Shown: positions 22,165 through 32,061 of the stretch, one piece after another | How positions within the stretch are numbered: the stretch's first letter is position 1 | Layout of the letters: every line of letters begins with the position of its first letter | Source: Bacilli bacterium | GTDB lineage: Bacteria; Bacillota_I; Bacilli_A; RF39; UBA660 | Length of the DNA stretch: 64,000 bases | Reading direction: 5' to 3' | Assembly (NCBI GenBank): GCA_017416535.1 | Contig: JAFQCG010000001.1 | Coordinates: forward strand, 604,259 to 668,258 | Position numbers and translations under genes: made by a program | The notes under the pieces: model-generated | Databases searched by the model: none | Told to the model about the DNA's origin: nothing | What the model saw: the letters and a program-made list of their open reading frames with translations, nothing else

Positions 22165-22270
22165 AGAAAAAGCACTCAATCTAACGATTAAGTGCTACCA
22201 CATTGTGGGCAAGTACTCAACGTGTGAAAGTTAAGTATTCCCTTTTTTATTGTATTCAAGTTTCCTTGAC
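22165..22270 (-). ncRNA. Putative antisense antitoxin RNA
   Basis: Minus-strand TTGTAA-17-TACAAT promoter (22305-22277) and minus-strand terminator AGCACTTAATC/GATTGAGTGCT-TTTT; overlaps the toxin 3' UTR. Confidence 0.6.
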
Positions 22271-22346
22271 ATATTCATTGTAACATAAATGTCTTGTTTT
22301 TACAATATTTAGTATATTGTGATAAAATTATTATAGGTGATAATAG

Positions 22347-25300
22347 ATGGAATATAGATATAAGAAGAATCAAATATTTAGAAAAAAATTAAATGCTCCT
22401 AAGTATATTATAAATAAAGTTTATAATTGTAACTTATCATTTTCTGAGATGATAGAATATAAGTTAGATGATAAGATTCCTTCAGAATGTCTTTTAGTTA
22501 GTGATAGAAAACTTGTACAAAGATTTGGCCTTGAAAGATGTAAAGATTTAGACTGGGAATTGATAAATGGTAGAATTAGAAGTGATATTAGTATTAGAGA
22601 TATACTTATGTCTATTGATCCAGAAGTTGAAGATATTAATGAAACTTTATATGAACTTGTTAAAGATAAAATAAGACCTAGTAACTATTCACCTAAAATG
22701 AAAGAAAAATATAGTGATAGATTTTTTGATATGTCTAAAGAAGAAGTTCCTGATGCTTTTTCACATTTAGCATTTAAATTTAATGAGGGTAATTGTTCTT
22801 TAGATGAAATGATTAGATGGTTTCCATTATTTGAAAATAAAGATATTAGTTTATGTTTAATGAATGATAAAGAAAATACTTTTGGTTTAACAAGTGATGA
22901 TGTTAAATCATTTGTTAGTGAATTTGGAATTTTACTTCCTTATATGCTTAAGGACATTGATATTTATACACTTATTGCTGGATATAAGGATTTAGAATCA
23001 GAAGAGGATAGAAGATTTTTTATTAAAGTTCATACTGATAGAATATTGAAGAAAACTTATCGTTCTTCTGATGAATCTAGAAGTAAAAATTTGTTAGTAC
23101 TTCCTGATGATGTTTATGAAGAAATATTTAAATATTCTTCTTTAGAGGATTATTTAACTATATTTAGTCAATATGATGCACCTAAATTACTTAAAGAATT
23201 AAAAGAACTTCCAGAAGGATATTTATTTAATATTCCAATTCCTTTTTCTGTTTTATGTAGTTATGATGTTTTGAGTTTTATTGGAACTTTTGGGTTAAAA
23301 AATATTATTGATTTTGATAATGAATGTGGTCATTTCTTTACTGCTGATGATTGTCGTATGTTGAAATTAATGAATGATATGTATTTACATTATGCATCAA
23401 ATGAACATAATCCTAAAAGAAATATATATGATCCAAGAAAAACTATTTATGATGATGAAGGAAGATATGTAGGTAGTTATTATACAAAAGATGGTTTTTA
23501 TGAAGCTATGAGGAGAATGATTGTATATGGTCCAACTGATTGGAATTATGTAGATAAAGCTCCTGATTATAGAAATATGACTGGTGAATTTAGAATAAGA
23601 AATTTTGAGCTGTTTATTGATGATAATGCTCCTGAAGAATTAAAAAAATTATTTTATACAAAGTCATTAACTCCTAAATTGATTATAGAACATCCTGAAT
23701 ATATTCCATATTTAGAAGGAAAAGATTTAAGTTCTTGTTTTATAAATGTAGAATGTTATGTTGAAAATAAACGTGGTATTCAAAATTTTGAAAATATATA
23801 TTCATTTATAAGTTCTAAGGTAGATTATGAAAAAGCTATGAATTTTATTGTTCAATATAGTGATGTTTTTGATATTATCTTTGCTTGGGAAAATACTGAT
23901 TATAGACATGGGGTAGTTTTTTTTGAAAGTGATTCTTTAGAAGTAATGGAAGAAAAGATTTGTGATGCTCTTAAGAAGATAATAATTGAAAAAAACTGGG
24001 TTTATCCAAAAAATATTCCTAATAAATTAAAAGAAAGATACCCAAATTTATTTTTAAGTGATGATGCCCCAGAGGAATTAAAAGAGGCTTTATATAATAG
24101 AACACTTACTACAGAATTTATTTTATCTAATAGTGAATATATTAATTATTTGAGAAATGTTGATATTGAAGTAGTATTTAAAAGTATGAATGTTAGTGTT
24201 AATAATGGAAGATTTAATAGTGGAGAAAATCTTATTAGTTTTCTTAAAGGTATTTTTGGTGATGAAACTTTAGATGTAATGCTTTTATATGGAAAGTTTA
24301 TTGAGAAGACATATGAAACTGATAAACTTAAGAATTTAAGATTTAATATTAATTGTACGAAAGATGAATGTTTAGATGCAATTGATAAAGCAATATATCA
24401 AACTATTATTAATGAAAAGATGAAATATGATGATACTATGGCTAGTCATTTTAAGAATAATTATCCAATGTTATTCTTAGATGAAAATGTTTCAGCAGAT
24501 ATTAGAAAGAAGTTTTATAATAGAGAATTTACTTTAAGTGATTTTAATGAAAATCCTAATTTAATTGATATTTTTGGTATGACAAATGTTGTTTGTGGAT
24601 TTTCTGAAGAATTATCTTGGATGATACCTTTATTTAATAATGAAGAAAATCCTGCATTAGCAAATTATAATAGATTAAAAGCAATTTCTGCATTTTTAAA
24701 GATAGAGGATATAGCTTTACAAAAGGCTTTTAAGGAATTTATTTTATCTAGTGATGAAGAGTTAGATATGGAAAAAGTGGAATATGCTGCGGAAGTATTA
24801 AAAAGACTTTCAATTTCTAATTCTAGTGAAATATTTACTTTTAGAAAAGAATTAGCAGTTCAAATTTTAAAAGCAGATAATCCTTTAGAAACACTTGGTA
24901 AGATTGAAGATTTATTTGTAAGAAGTCATATACCAACTGTAGGTAAGATTTATGCATGTTTTGATATTTTACATCCTGATTTTAGGGGTATTGATTTTAC
25001 TAGTTCTAAAATGTCTCCAATGTTAAGTAGTACATCTACAAGAGGAAAGAAAATATTAGTATTTTCTGATTTAATTAAAGCGTCATTTGGTTCTAATAAT
25101 AGATCTGTTAATGCATATTTAGATAATATTGAATTTGGTTCTAATTTATATGATGGTATTAAATCTGGTAAAGTTGATTTTGATAGTTTAAGTAGTGATG
25201 ATAAAGAAAGATTAGTTATTTTTACTAAACATTTAGCGACGCTTTATAATAATACATTAGATGCAGTTATTAATAATGATATTTTTATATGTAGTGATGA

Positions 25301-26942
25301 TGTTTTAAATGATTTATTGGTATTATCACAAAAGTTATCTGTTGATGGTAATCTAGATTATAATTTAGGTGATAGAGTAGTTAGAATGTTTTGTGGATTT
25401 ACTGGAATTAGTACTGTAGAAGATGCTAAAAAGTATATTAATAGTAAGAGAGAAAATGCTGATAGAAGAAATAGAATTGCTGCAGAGTCTGATATGGTAT
25501 TAGAAGAGGGGGATTTTGTAAAAGGAATTGGTGATATTACTTATTTGAGAAATATTTTACAAAATGGTAGTGTCGCAAAAGAATTCTTAGGTGCTAGTGC
25601 TAGTAGTGATACAACTCCTTTAGATACAGATTTATCACGAATTATGATTAATGAGGGTAGTGTTTCTGACAAAATTAATTCAACAGCTGCTTCTAATTAT
25701 GGGCCTATTTGGTTTGTATTAAAAAATGATGATAGATTCGTTACTACAAGAACTACTGAGGGATTAACAGATGCTGATAGGTCTAGAGATAAGTTAGAAG
25801 TATTTCATACAGGAACTCTTGGTGGTGGACATTATGGTATTAGAACTGGATTTGCATCTAGTGAAATTAATTATATTGTAATGAATAAGTTTGATCCAAG
25901 AGTAGGTCTTGAAATTGCAATGAATGGTTTTTATATACCAGTTGTTAATAATGAAGGAAAAATTATATTTACTCCAGAAGATTTTGATAATTTAAGAGAT
26001 AAGATGAGTGGTTTATCATATTTTGGAGAAGATGATTATCATTTTTCTTCAGAACTTGTTACTGATGATGTTTTAGAAATTGCTTCACAAATTGAAGAAA
26101 GTAATAGAGAAGTTCAAGAAAAAAGAGAAAGAATTAATGCTCTTATAAAAGAGGCTTTAGATGAACTTGGTCTTAAATTAAAAACAGAAATTGATGGAGA
26201 CTTAAGTGAGGGTTTTGTTGAACTTATTGATACAGGTTCTACTGGTAGAGGTACAAATAAGCCAGGAGATGGAGATTTTGATATGATGATGAGATTAGAT
26301 AGAACAATTCTTTCTAATCCAAGTAAATTAATTGAACTTAAAAAGATTTTGTTAAAGAAACTAGGTAGAGATAATATGGAAGGTGTTATTGGTACTGGTG
26401 ACTTTAGACTGAAGGATGTTGCGTTAGATGAAGATACTTTAGTTGATATAGATATTACATTTACTGAGAAAACTGATAAGGTATTATATTCTACTGATAT
26501 GGCTTTACAAGATAGACTTGAAACTATAAGAGAACAAGATCCTGAAAAGTATAATCTTGTTGTTGCAAATATATTGCTTGCTAAGCAAGTCTTAAAGGAT
26601 GCCGGAGTTTACAAACCTAATAGAGGTGAAAATCCACAAGGTGGATTAGGTGGAGTAGGTGTTGAAAATTGGATTTTACAAAATGGTGGTTCATTTATTG
26701 AAGCTGCTAGAAGTTTTGTAGAAACTGCTCAAGGTAAAAGTTTTGATGAGTTTAAAGAAAGTTATCAGGTTTGGGACTTTGGAGATAACCATTTAGCAGA
26801 AAGAAGAAATCAGTATGCACATGATAATTTTATTACTAGTAATATGAGTGAAGATGGATTTCATAAGATGTGTGAAGTATTATCTGGTTATTTAAAGAAA
26901 GTAGATAAAACTAATGTAGATACTGATACTAAGAAAGTATAA
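22347..26942 (+). CDS. 1531-aa multidomain protein: internal ~145-aa repeats, possible ART-like domain, C-terminal class I nucleotidyltransferase
   Basis: TGSTGRGTNKPGDGDFD plus VDIDITF plus ILLAKQVLKDAGVY..GGLGGVGVENWILQNGGSF. Confidence 0.65.
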   Translation: MEYRYKKNQIFRKKLNAPKYIINKVYNCNLSFSEMIEYKLDDKIPSECLLVSDRKLVQRFGLERCKDLDWELINGRIRSDISIRDILMSIDPEVEDINETLYELVKDKIRPSNYSPKMKEKYSDRFFDMSKEEVPDAFSHLAFKFNEGNCSLDEMIRWFPLFENKDISLCLMNDKENTFGLTSDDVKSFVSEFGILLPYMLKDIDIYTLIAGYKDLESEEDRRFFIKVHTDRILKKTYRSSDESRSKNLLVLPDDVYEEIFKYSSLEDYLTIFSQYDAPKLLKELKELPEGYLFNIPIPFSVLCSYDVLSFIGTFGLKNIIDFDNECGHFFTADDCRMLKLMNDMYLHYASNEHNPKRNIYDPRKTIYDDEGRYVGSYYTKDGFYEAMRRMIVYGPTDWNYVDKAPDYRNMTGEFRIRNFELFIDDNAPEELKKLFYTKSLTPKLIIEHPEYIPYLEGKDLSSCFINVECYVENKRGIQNFENIYSFISSKVDYEKAMNFIVQYSDVFDIIFAWENTDYRHGVVFFESDSLEVMEEKICDALKKIIIEKNWVYPKNIPNKLKERYPNLFLSDDAPEELKEALYNRTLTTEFILSNSEYINYLRNVDIEVVFKSMNVSVNNGRFNSGENLISFLKGIFGDETLDVMLLYGKFIEKTYETDKLKNLRFNINCTKDECLDAIDKAIYQTIINEKMKYDDTMASHFKNNYPMLFLDENVSADIRKKFYNREFTLSDFNENPNLIDIFGMTNVVCGFSEELSWMIPLFNNEENPALANYNRLKAISAFLKIEDIALQKAFKEFILSSDEELDMEKVEYAAEVLKRLSISNSSEIFTFRKELAVQILKADNPLETLGKIEDLFVRSHIPTVGKIYACFDILHPDFRGIDFTSSKMSPMLSSTSTRGKKILVFSDLIKASFGSNNRSVNAYLDNIEFGSNLYDGIKSGKVDFDSLSSDDKERLVIFTKHLATLYNNTLDAVINNDIFICSDDVLNDLLVLSQKLSVDGNLDYNLGDRVVRMFCGFTGISTVEDAKKYINSKRENADRRNRIAAESDMVLEEGDFVKGIGDITYLRNILQNGSVAKEFLGASASSDTTPLDTDLSRIMINEGSVSDKINSTAASNYGPIWFVLKNDDRFVTTRTTEGLTDADRSRDKLEVFHTGTLGGGHYGIRTGFASSEINYIVMNKFDPRVGLEIAMNGFYIPVVNNEGKIIFTPEDFDNLRDKMSGLSYFGEDDYHFSSELVTDDVLEIASQIEESNREVQEKRERINALIKEALDELGLKLKTEIDGDLSEGFVELIDTGSTGRGTNKPGDGDFDMMMRLDRTILSNPSKLIELKKILLKKLGRDNMEGVIGTGDFRLKDVALDEDTLVDIDITFTEKTDKVLYSTDMALQDRLETIREQDPEKYNLVVANILLAKQVLKDAGVYKPNRGENPQGGLGGVGVENWILQNGGSFIEAARSFVETAQGKSFDEFKESYQVWDFGDNHLAERRNQYAHDNFITSNMSEDGFHKMCEVLSGYLKKVDKTNVDTDTKKV

Positions 26943-26944
26943 TA

Positions 26945-27125
26945 AAAAGGACTAGATTTAGTCCTTTTTGTTCGATTGATAAAATGTGAATTTTTGTTAT
27001 ACATTGGAAGTAGGAATACTTAATTGTTGAGTGCTCAACGCGGAAATGTTAAGTATTCCCTTTTTTTATTATATTCAAGTTTCCTTGACATATTCGTTGT
27101 AACATAAAATGGTTATTTTGACAAT
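26945..27125 (+). repeat. Copy 2 of the direct repeat; relic TA module lacking the toxin ORF
   Basis: Aligns to 21953-22045 and 22216-22310, joined at GTTGAGTGCT/CAACG. Confidence 0.8.
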
Positions 27126-27159
27126 GTTAGTTATTATTATGATAAAATAGAATATAGGA

Positions 27160-30012
27160 GTGATTAATATGATAGGACAATATAATTTATTTGATTTATT
27201 AAAAAAATATGGAATTGATCATAATAACATACTTTTAGATAAGAAAGATATTTTGGTTAATAGAGCTGAATATAATACTATTGAATATGTTTTATCATTT
27301 TTAAGAACTGAACTTAGTATAAGTAGTAAAAATATTGAAAAGTGTCCTAGTATTTTATATTGTGGTGTAGATAATATTAGAGATAATTATATGTATTTAG
27401 AAAGTATGAAATTTCCTGTACTACGTATTAATAATTGTTTACATGTTTTAGGTACTGATTGTAGTCAATTAAAAGAGACTTATGAATATGTTTTAGATAA
27501 GTATGGGGAAGATGCTATATATGATTTACCTAGTATTTTAAGACTTTCTGTTGAAAGAATTAGACAAGTTGAAAGTGTATGTGAAGGTAAACTTTCACCT
27601 TATGGTATTTTATCGGTTTGTGTTAATGCTACTTTAATTGGTGAAGAAGATGAAAGAAGTAATTTTGTAAGAAGTAGAGATGAATTAAGAGATGCTATTA
27701 ATGTATGTGATAAATATGGAATAAGATATCAAGATGGTGGAATGTTATTTAGAAATATTGCTTCTGATATTGAAAATGTTGCTTTAACTTGTATGGAACT
27801 TGGAATTAATTATCAAGATGGTGGATTAGTATTTTCTGCAACTCCAACAACTATTAGAAATATAGTAGAAGTATGTAAAAAGTATGGTGTTGATTATAAA
27901 AATGGTGGGGTAATGTTTTTAAGAACTTCACAAGAAGTAGAAGATATTATTAAAACTTGTATTGAATGTGGCATTTCATATGAAAGTGGTACTGTATTTG
28001 AAACAAGTGCTTCTAATATTAGGGATGTTGTTGAAGTTTGTAAGAAATATAATATTAAATATCAAAATGGTGGAATGATTTTTAGACATAAAGCTAGTGA
28101 TGTTTTAGAAGTTGCATTAATTTGTCAAGAATATGGAATTAGTTATCAAGATGGAGGCGCTATTTTTAGAAGAACTCCAGATGAAATTAAAGAAATTGTT
28201 AAGATATGTAAGAAATATAATATTGATTATAAAAATGGTGGAACTGTTTTTGGAAGAACTCCTGATTCAGTTGAAAGAATTGCAGAAGTATGTCAGGAAC
28301 TTGGAATTAGATACCAAGATGGAGGTTCTATATTTAGAAGGAAATTCTATGAAATTAGAAAGATTGTAGATGTATGTAAAAAGTATGGTGTTAAGTATTC
28401 TAATGGAGGAGATTTATTTAGAAAACATGCAGAAGAAGTTGAAAAGATAATTTTAGCGTGTCGTGAACTTGGAATTGACTGTAGTGAAGGTGGAAGTGTT
28501 TTTGTAAGAGATGCATCTGAATTAAGAGAAACAGTAGAAGTTTGTAAAAAATATGGAATTGATTATACGAAGAGTAGTGTTATTTTTTATAGAAGTTCAG
28601 AAGAAGTAGAAAGAATAGTAGAAGTATGTCAAAAGTATGGAATTGATTATAAGAAGAGTACTATGGTATTTGGTAGACTTGCTGATGAAGTGGAAAAAAT
28701 AGTATTAGTTTGCGAAGAATTTGGTATTTCTTATAAAGATGGTGGAACTATATTTTCTAGATGTAGTGATGATATTAGAAAGACTGCAGAAATTTGTATA
28801 AAGCATGGAATTGATTATAAAAAAGGTGGAAATATCTTTAAGAGAAATCCTGATGAAATTGAAAAAATAGTTGAATTGTGTAAAAGTCATGGCATTAAGT
28901 ATAAGAGCGGTGGAACTATATTTGCTCAAAGTGCAGAAGAAACAGAAAAGATAATTAATGTATGTGAAAAATATGGAGTAACATATAAACGTGGTGGAAC
29001 TGTATTTAATAAGACAGCAAGTGAAATAGAACAAATTATACTTTATTGTGAAGAAAATAATATTCCTTATAAAAATGGAGGTACAGCATTTACAAGATCA
29101 CTTTCTGAATTAAAGAGAACAGTAGATAAGTGTTTAGAATATGGAATAGACTATACAAAAGGTGGAGTAGTACTTGAGAAGAGTGCGGAAGATATAGAAA
29201 AAACTGCTTTACTTTGTGAGAAGTATGGAATTAAATATAAAGATGGTGGTTCTGTATTTTTAGCGGTTACTGATACTTTGGAAGATGTTGTTAAAGTTTG
29301 TCAAAAGTATGGAATTAATTATCAAAAAGGTGGTACTATTTTTCAATGTAAGCCAAATGATATAGAAGAAATAGTTGGTATTTGTAAAGAACATAATATT
29401 CCTTATGAAAATGGAGGAAATGTTTTCTTTAAAAAGCCTGATGAGGTAAGAAAAGTAATTGAAGTATGTCAAAAACATAATATACCTTATCAAAAAGGTG
29501 GTTCTATATTTAGAAAAAATGCTGATGAAATAGAAAGTATAGTAGAGATTTGTGAAAAACATGGTGTTGATTATAGAGAATCAAATTCAGTATTTCAAAA
29601 TAAACCGGAAGTTACAGAAGAAATTATTGAAATTTGTAAGGATAATGGTATCGAATGTAAAGGAACAGTATTTTCGTCTAATCCAAGAAAACTTACTGAA
29701 AGTATTAACTATGTAAGAGAAAATTATGGAGAGGGAATGGTACAAAGATTAATAATTGTACAAAATCCTGATAGATTAAAACAAGTACTTCCATATTTTG
29801 AAGAACATGGATATTTAGAAGGATTGCTAAAAGGTACTTTAGTTCTTTCACTTACTTTAGAGGAGTTTAAGGAAAGAGAAAGAATTCTTCAAAGTAGGGG
29901 TGAAGAAGTACTTATTGATGGTAAATTTAATCCAATATTTGGTCTTGATAGAAAAAGATATAATAAGAAGTTTACTGAAGAAATAAAAACAGTAAAGGCA
30001 AGTAGTAAATAA
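27160..30012 (+). CDS. mTERF-like tandem-repeat protein 1 (~24 x 28-aa repeats)
   Basis: N-cap IEKCPSILY/CLHVL; repeats CxxYGIxYxDGGxhFxxxxxEIxxIVEV; shared C-cap; ATG at 27169 may be the true start. Confidence 0.7.
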   Translation: MINMIGQYNLFDLLKKYGIDHNNILLDKKDILVNRAEYNTIEYVLSFLRTELSISSKNIEKCPSILYCGVDNIRDNYMYLESMKFPVLRINNCLHVLGTDCSQLKETYEYVLDKYGEDAIYDLPSILRLSVERIRQVESVCEGKLSPYGILSVCVNATLIGEEDERSNFVRSRDELRDAINVCDKYGIRYQDGGMLFRNIASDIENVALTCMELGINYQDGGLVFSATPTTIRNIVEVCKKYGVDYKNGGVMFLRTSQEVEDIIKTCIECGISYESGTVFETSASNIRDVVEVCKKYNIKYQNGGMIFRHKASDVLEVALICQEYGISYQDGGAIFRRTPDEIKEIVKICKKYNIDYKNGGTVFGRTPDSVERIAEVCQELGIRYQDGGSIFRRKFYEIRKIVDVCKKYGVKYSNGGDLFRKHAEEVEKIILACRELGIDCSEGGSVFVRDASELRETVEVCKKYGIDYTKSSVIFYRSSEEVERIVEVCQKYGIDYKKSTMVFGRLADEVEKIVLVCEEFGISYKDGGTIFSRCSDDIRKTAEICIKHGIDYKKGGNIFKRNPDEIEKIVELCKSHGIKYKSGGTIFAQSAEETEKIINVCEKYGVTYKRGGTVFNKTASEIEQIILYCEENNIPYKNGGTAFTRSLSELKRTVDKCLEYGIDYTKGGVVLEKSAEDIEKTALLCEKYGIKYKDGGSVFLAVTDTLEDVVKVCQKYGINYQKGGTIFQCKPNDIEEIVGICKEHNIPYENGGNVFFKKPDEVRKVIEVCQKHNIPYQKGGSIFRKNADEIESIVEICEKHGVDYRESNSVFQNKPEVTEEIIEICKDNGIECKGTVFSSNPRKLTESINYVRENYGEGMVQRLIIVQNPDRLKQVLPYFEEHGYLEGLLKGTLVLSLTLEEFKERERILQSRGEEVLIDGKFNPIFGLDRKRYNKKFTEEIKTVKASSK

Positions 30013-30096
30013 AGAAACTAATTTTAGTTTCTTTATTTTTATTTTTTTATAATAGTGTTATAATAGTAATTAGATAATAGTAATAGGAGGATAAGT

Positions 30097-31992
30097 ATGA
30101 ATAAGAAAAATATATTTTCAGTAGTTATTTTATTTTTAATTCTTTCTATTACTGTAGGATTTTCTGCATTCGCATCAGAAATGTCTATTGGTAAGATTGT
30201 TGCGGATGTTAGAGTTAAGAAAGATATAAGGATTACTGATGCTACTGTAACAGATGGTAAGTGGTATAATTTAGATGCCTTTAATTATGATACTGATTCG
30301 ATTTTATTTGGAGAAGTTTTTTATGAATTAGATGATTTCGTTTCTGTAAATTTTGAGGTTACGAACTTTGGTAATGTAGAAATGGGTATATATGATATTG
30401 AAGCATCTGAAGGAATTCGCTATGAAATTACAGGTTATGAACTCAAAGATAAATTGTGCGATAATGATAACAATTGTAATTTAGGTTCAAAGAAAATTAT
30501 GAATTTAAAGATATATCCAACAGGAGATGCAGGATTATATTCGAATATTAGTGTTAATTTTGATTTTAGAGAAATGCATACAATTACTTATGAAGGAATT
30601 ACTAATAATTCTTATCCAACAGAAATTATTAGTGGTAGTAATTTAAATGTTGACTTTACTGGTGATATTCCAGAAAATCTAATAATTTATAAAGATGGTA
30701 CAGATGTAGATTCTTCAAAATATACTTATTCAAATAATACATTAACTTTTAATAATGTTAGCGGAGATTTAGTTATTAAAAGTGCTAAAAATTTATTTAA
30801 TATTATTAAACTTAAAACTAATGGTGTTGATACAAATATAGATTTTGGAGTAGCTTCTTCTGAAACAAATGGTGATGGAGTTAATACTATTAGTGGTACA
30901 GAAAGTAATCAATATCCGGTTTATTATTATAGAGGTGCGGTAACAAACAATAATGTTAAGTTTGCTAACTTCTGTTGGAAGATGGTAAGAACTACTGAAA
31001 CTGGAGGAATCAAACTAATTTATAATGGAGTACCAGCAGAAGATGGTTCTTGTAATAATACAGGTACTGCAAGTCAAATAGGAGCAAGTGCATTTAATTC
31101 TACATATACATCACCAGCATATGTAGGATATATGTATGGAACTGTTTATACAGCAACATCCAAAACATTAACAGAACAAACAGATACATATCTTTATGGT
31201 AATGATGTTAGTTGGGATGGAACAAACTATATATTAACTGGAGATACAATGAGTAGTTCTAGTTGGAAAACAGATTATAAAACTTTAGCAACAAAATATC
31301 ATTATACATGTTTTAATACAACAGGTACCTGTACAGAGGTGTATTATATTAATTATTTTGGAAATGCTTCTAATGCATACTACTTAACATTAACAGAAGG
31401 AAAAAATATAGAAAAAGCAAAAGAAGAAATGTTTACAAATACAACAGATTCAAAAATAAAAACAACAATAGATAATTGGTATAAAGCAAATATGACATCA
31501 TATACAAATAAATTAGAAGATACTGTATGGTGTAATGATAGAACACTAACTAGTGGACCTTTATTAAGTAAAGATACTAATAGTACAGGTTCATCATTAT
31601 TTGCAGCATATGGAAGAAATATGAGCACATTTAAACCATCTATTTCGTGTACAAATACAAGAGATAGTTTTACAGTTGATAGTTCAAATGGAAATGGAAA
31701 ACTAACATATCCAATTGGATTATTAACAGCAGATGAATATACATTAGCAGGAAGCGGGTACAAAGGTTATAGTACAGATGCTTATTTACATACGGGGAAA
31801 TATCAGTGGTCTTTGTCGCCGTATTACTTCTACGGCACTTACGCTTACGAGTTCAATCTGACTTCCTCTGGCTATTTGAACTACTACTACGTCTATACTT
31901 CGCGCGGCGTTCGTCCGTCAGTTTCACTTAAACCTGGAACGTACGCGACTGGGGGAGATGGCAGTACTGTAAGTCCTTATATAGTTGAATAA
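30097..31992 (+). CDS. Secreted/surface protein with C-terminal CLec-like domain bearing a DGR-type variable region
   Basis: Signal LSITVGFSAF; YYYRGAVTNNNVKFANFCWKMVRT; IGLLTADE; WSLSP...GVRPSVSL. Confidence 0.75.
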   Translation: MNKKNIFSVVILFLILSITVGFSAFASEMSIGKIVADVRVKKDIRITDATVTDGKWYNLDAFNYDTDSILFGEVFYELDDFVSVNFEVTNFGNVEMGIYDIEASEGIRYEITGYELKDKLCDNDNNCNLGSKKIMNLKIYPTGDAGLYSNISVNFDFREMHTITYEGITNNSYPTEIISGSNLNVDFTGDIPENLIIYKDGTDVDSSKYTYSNNTLTFNNVSGDLVIKSAKNLFNIIKLKTNGVDTNIDFGVASSETNGDGVNTISGTESNQYPVYYYRGAVTNNNVKFANFCWKMVRTTETGGIKLIYNGVPAEDGSCNNTGTASQIGASAFNSTYTSPAYVGYMYGTVYTATSKTLTEQTDTYLYGNDVSWDGTNYILTGDTMSSSSWKTDYKTLATKYHYTCFNTTGTCTEVYYINYFGNASNAYYLTLTEGKNIEKAKEEMFTNTTDSKIKTTIDNWYKANMTSYTNKLEDTVWCNDRTLTSGPLLSKDTNSTGSSLFAAYGRNMSTFKPSISCTNTRDSFTVDSSNGNGKLTYPIGLLTADEYTLAGSGYKGYSTDAYLHTGKYQWSLSPYYFYGTYAYEFNLTSSGYLNYYYVYTSRGVRPSVSLKPGTYATGGDGSTVSPYIVE

Positions 31993-32020
31993 AACTAGTT
32001 AGTAAAATAACTAGTTTTTT
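31991..32020 (+). terminator. Intrinsic terminator/hairpin
   Basis: AAAACTAGTTA-gtaaaa-TAACTAGTTTT. Confidence 0.7.
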
Positions 32021-32061
32021 GTTTGTGATTGTAGTAAAATGGATAATAGGAGGGATAAGCA

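Larger units (their letters stand above)
21953..22310 (+). repeat. Copy 1 of an imperfect direct repeat (terminator plus TA-like module)
   Basis: AAAAGGACTAAGATTTAGTCCTTTTTTGTTCGATTGA..GTTGAGTGCT...CTCAACG..GTTAAGTATTCCCTTTTTTATTGTATTCAAGTTTCCTTGACATATTCATTGTAACATAAA recurs at 26945-27125. Confidence 0.85.

Noticed and set aside
21967-22179. 70-aa minus-strand ORF
   Set aside because: Antisense to the better supported toxin-like peptide, which has a promoter and RBS; it begins inside a terminator hairpin
22347-26942. Canonical CBASS operon
   Set aside because: No Cap2/3, CapV, SAVED, TM-effector or other recognisable CBASS gene is adjacent; the NTase is a domain of a giant protein
30013-32061. 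Complete DGR cassette
   Set aside because: No reverse transcriptase, avd or AAC-rich template repeat found anywhere in the window
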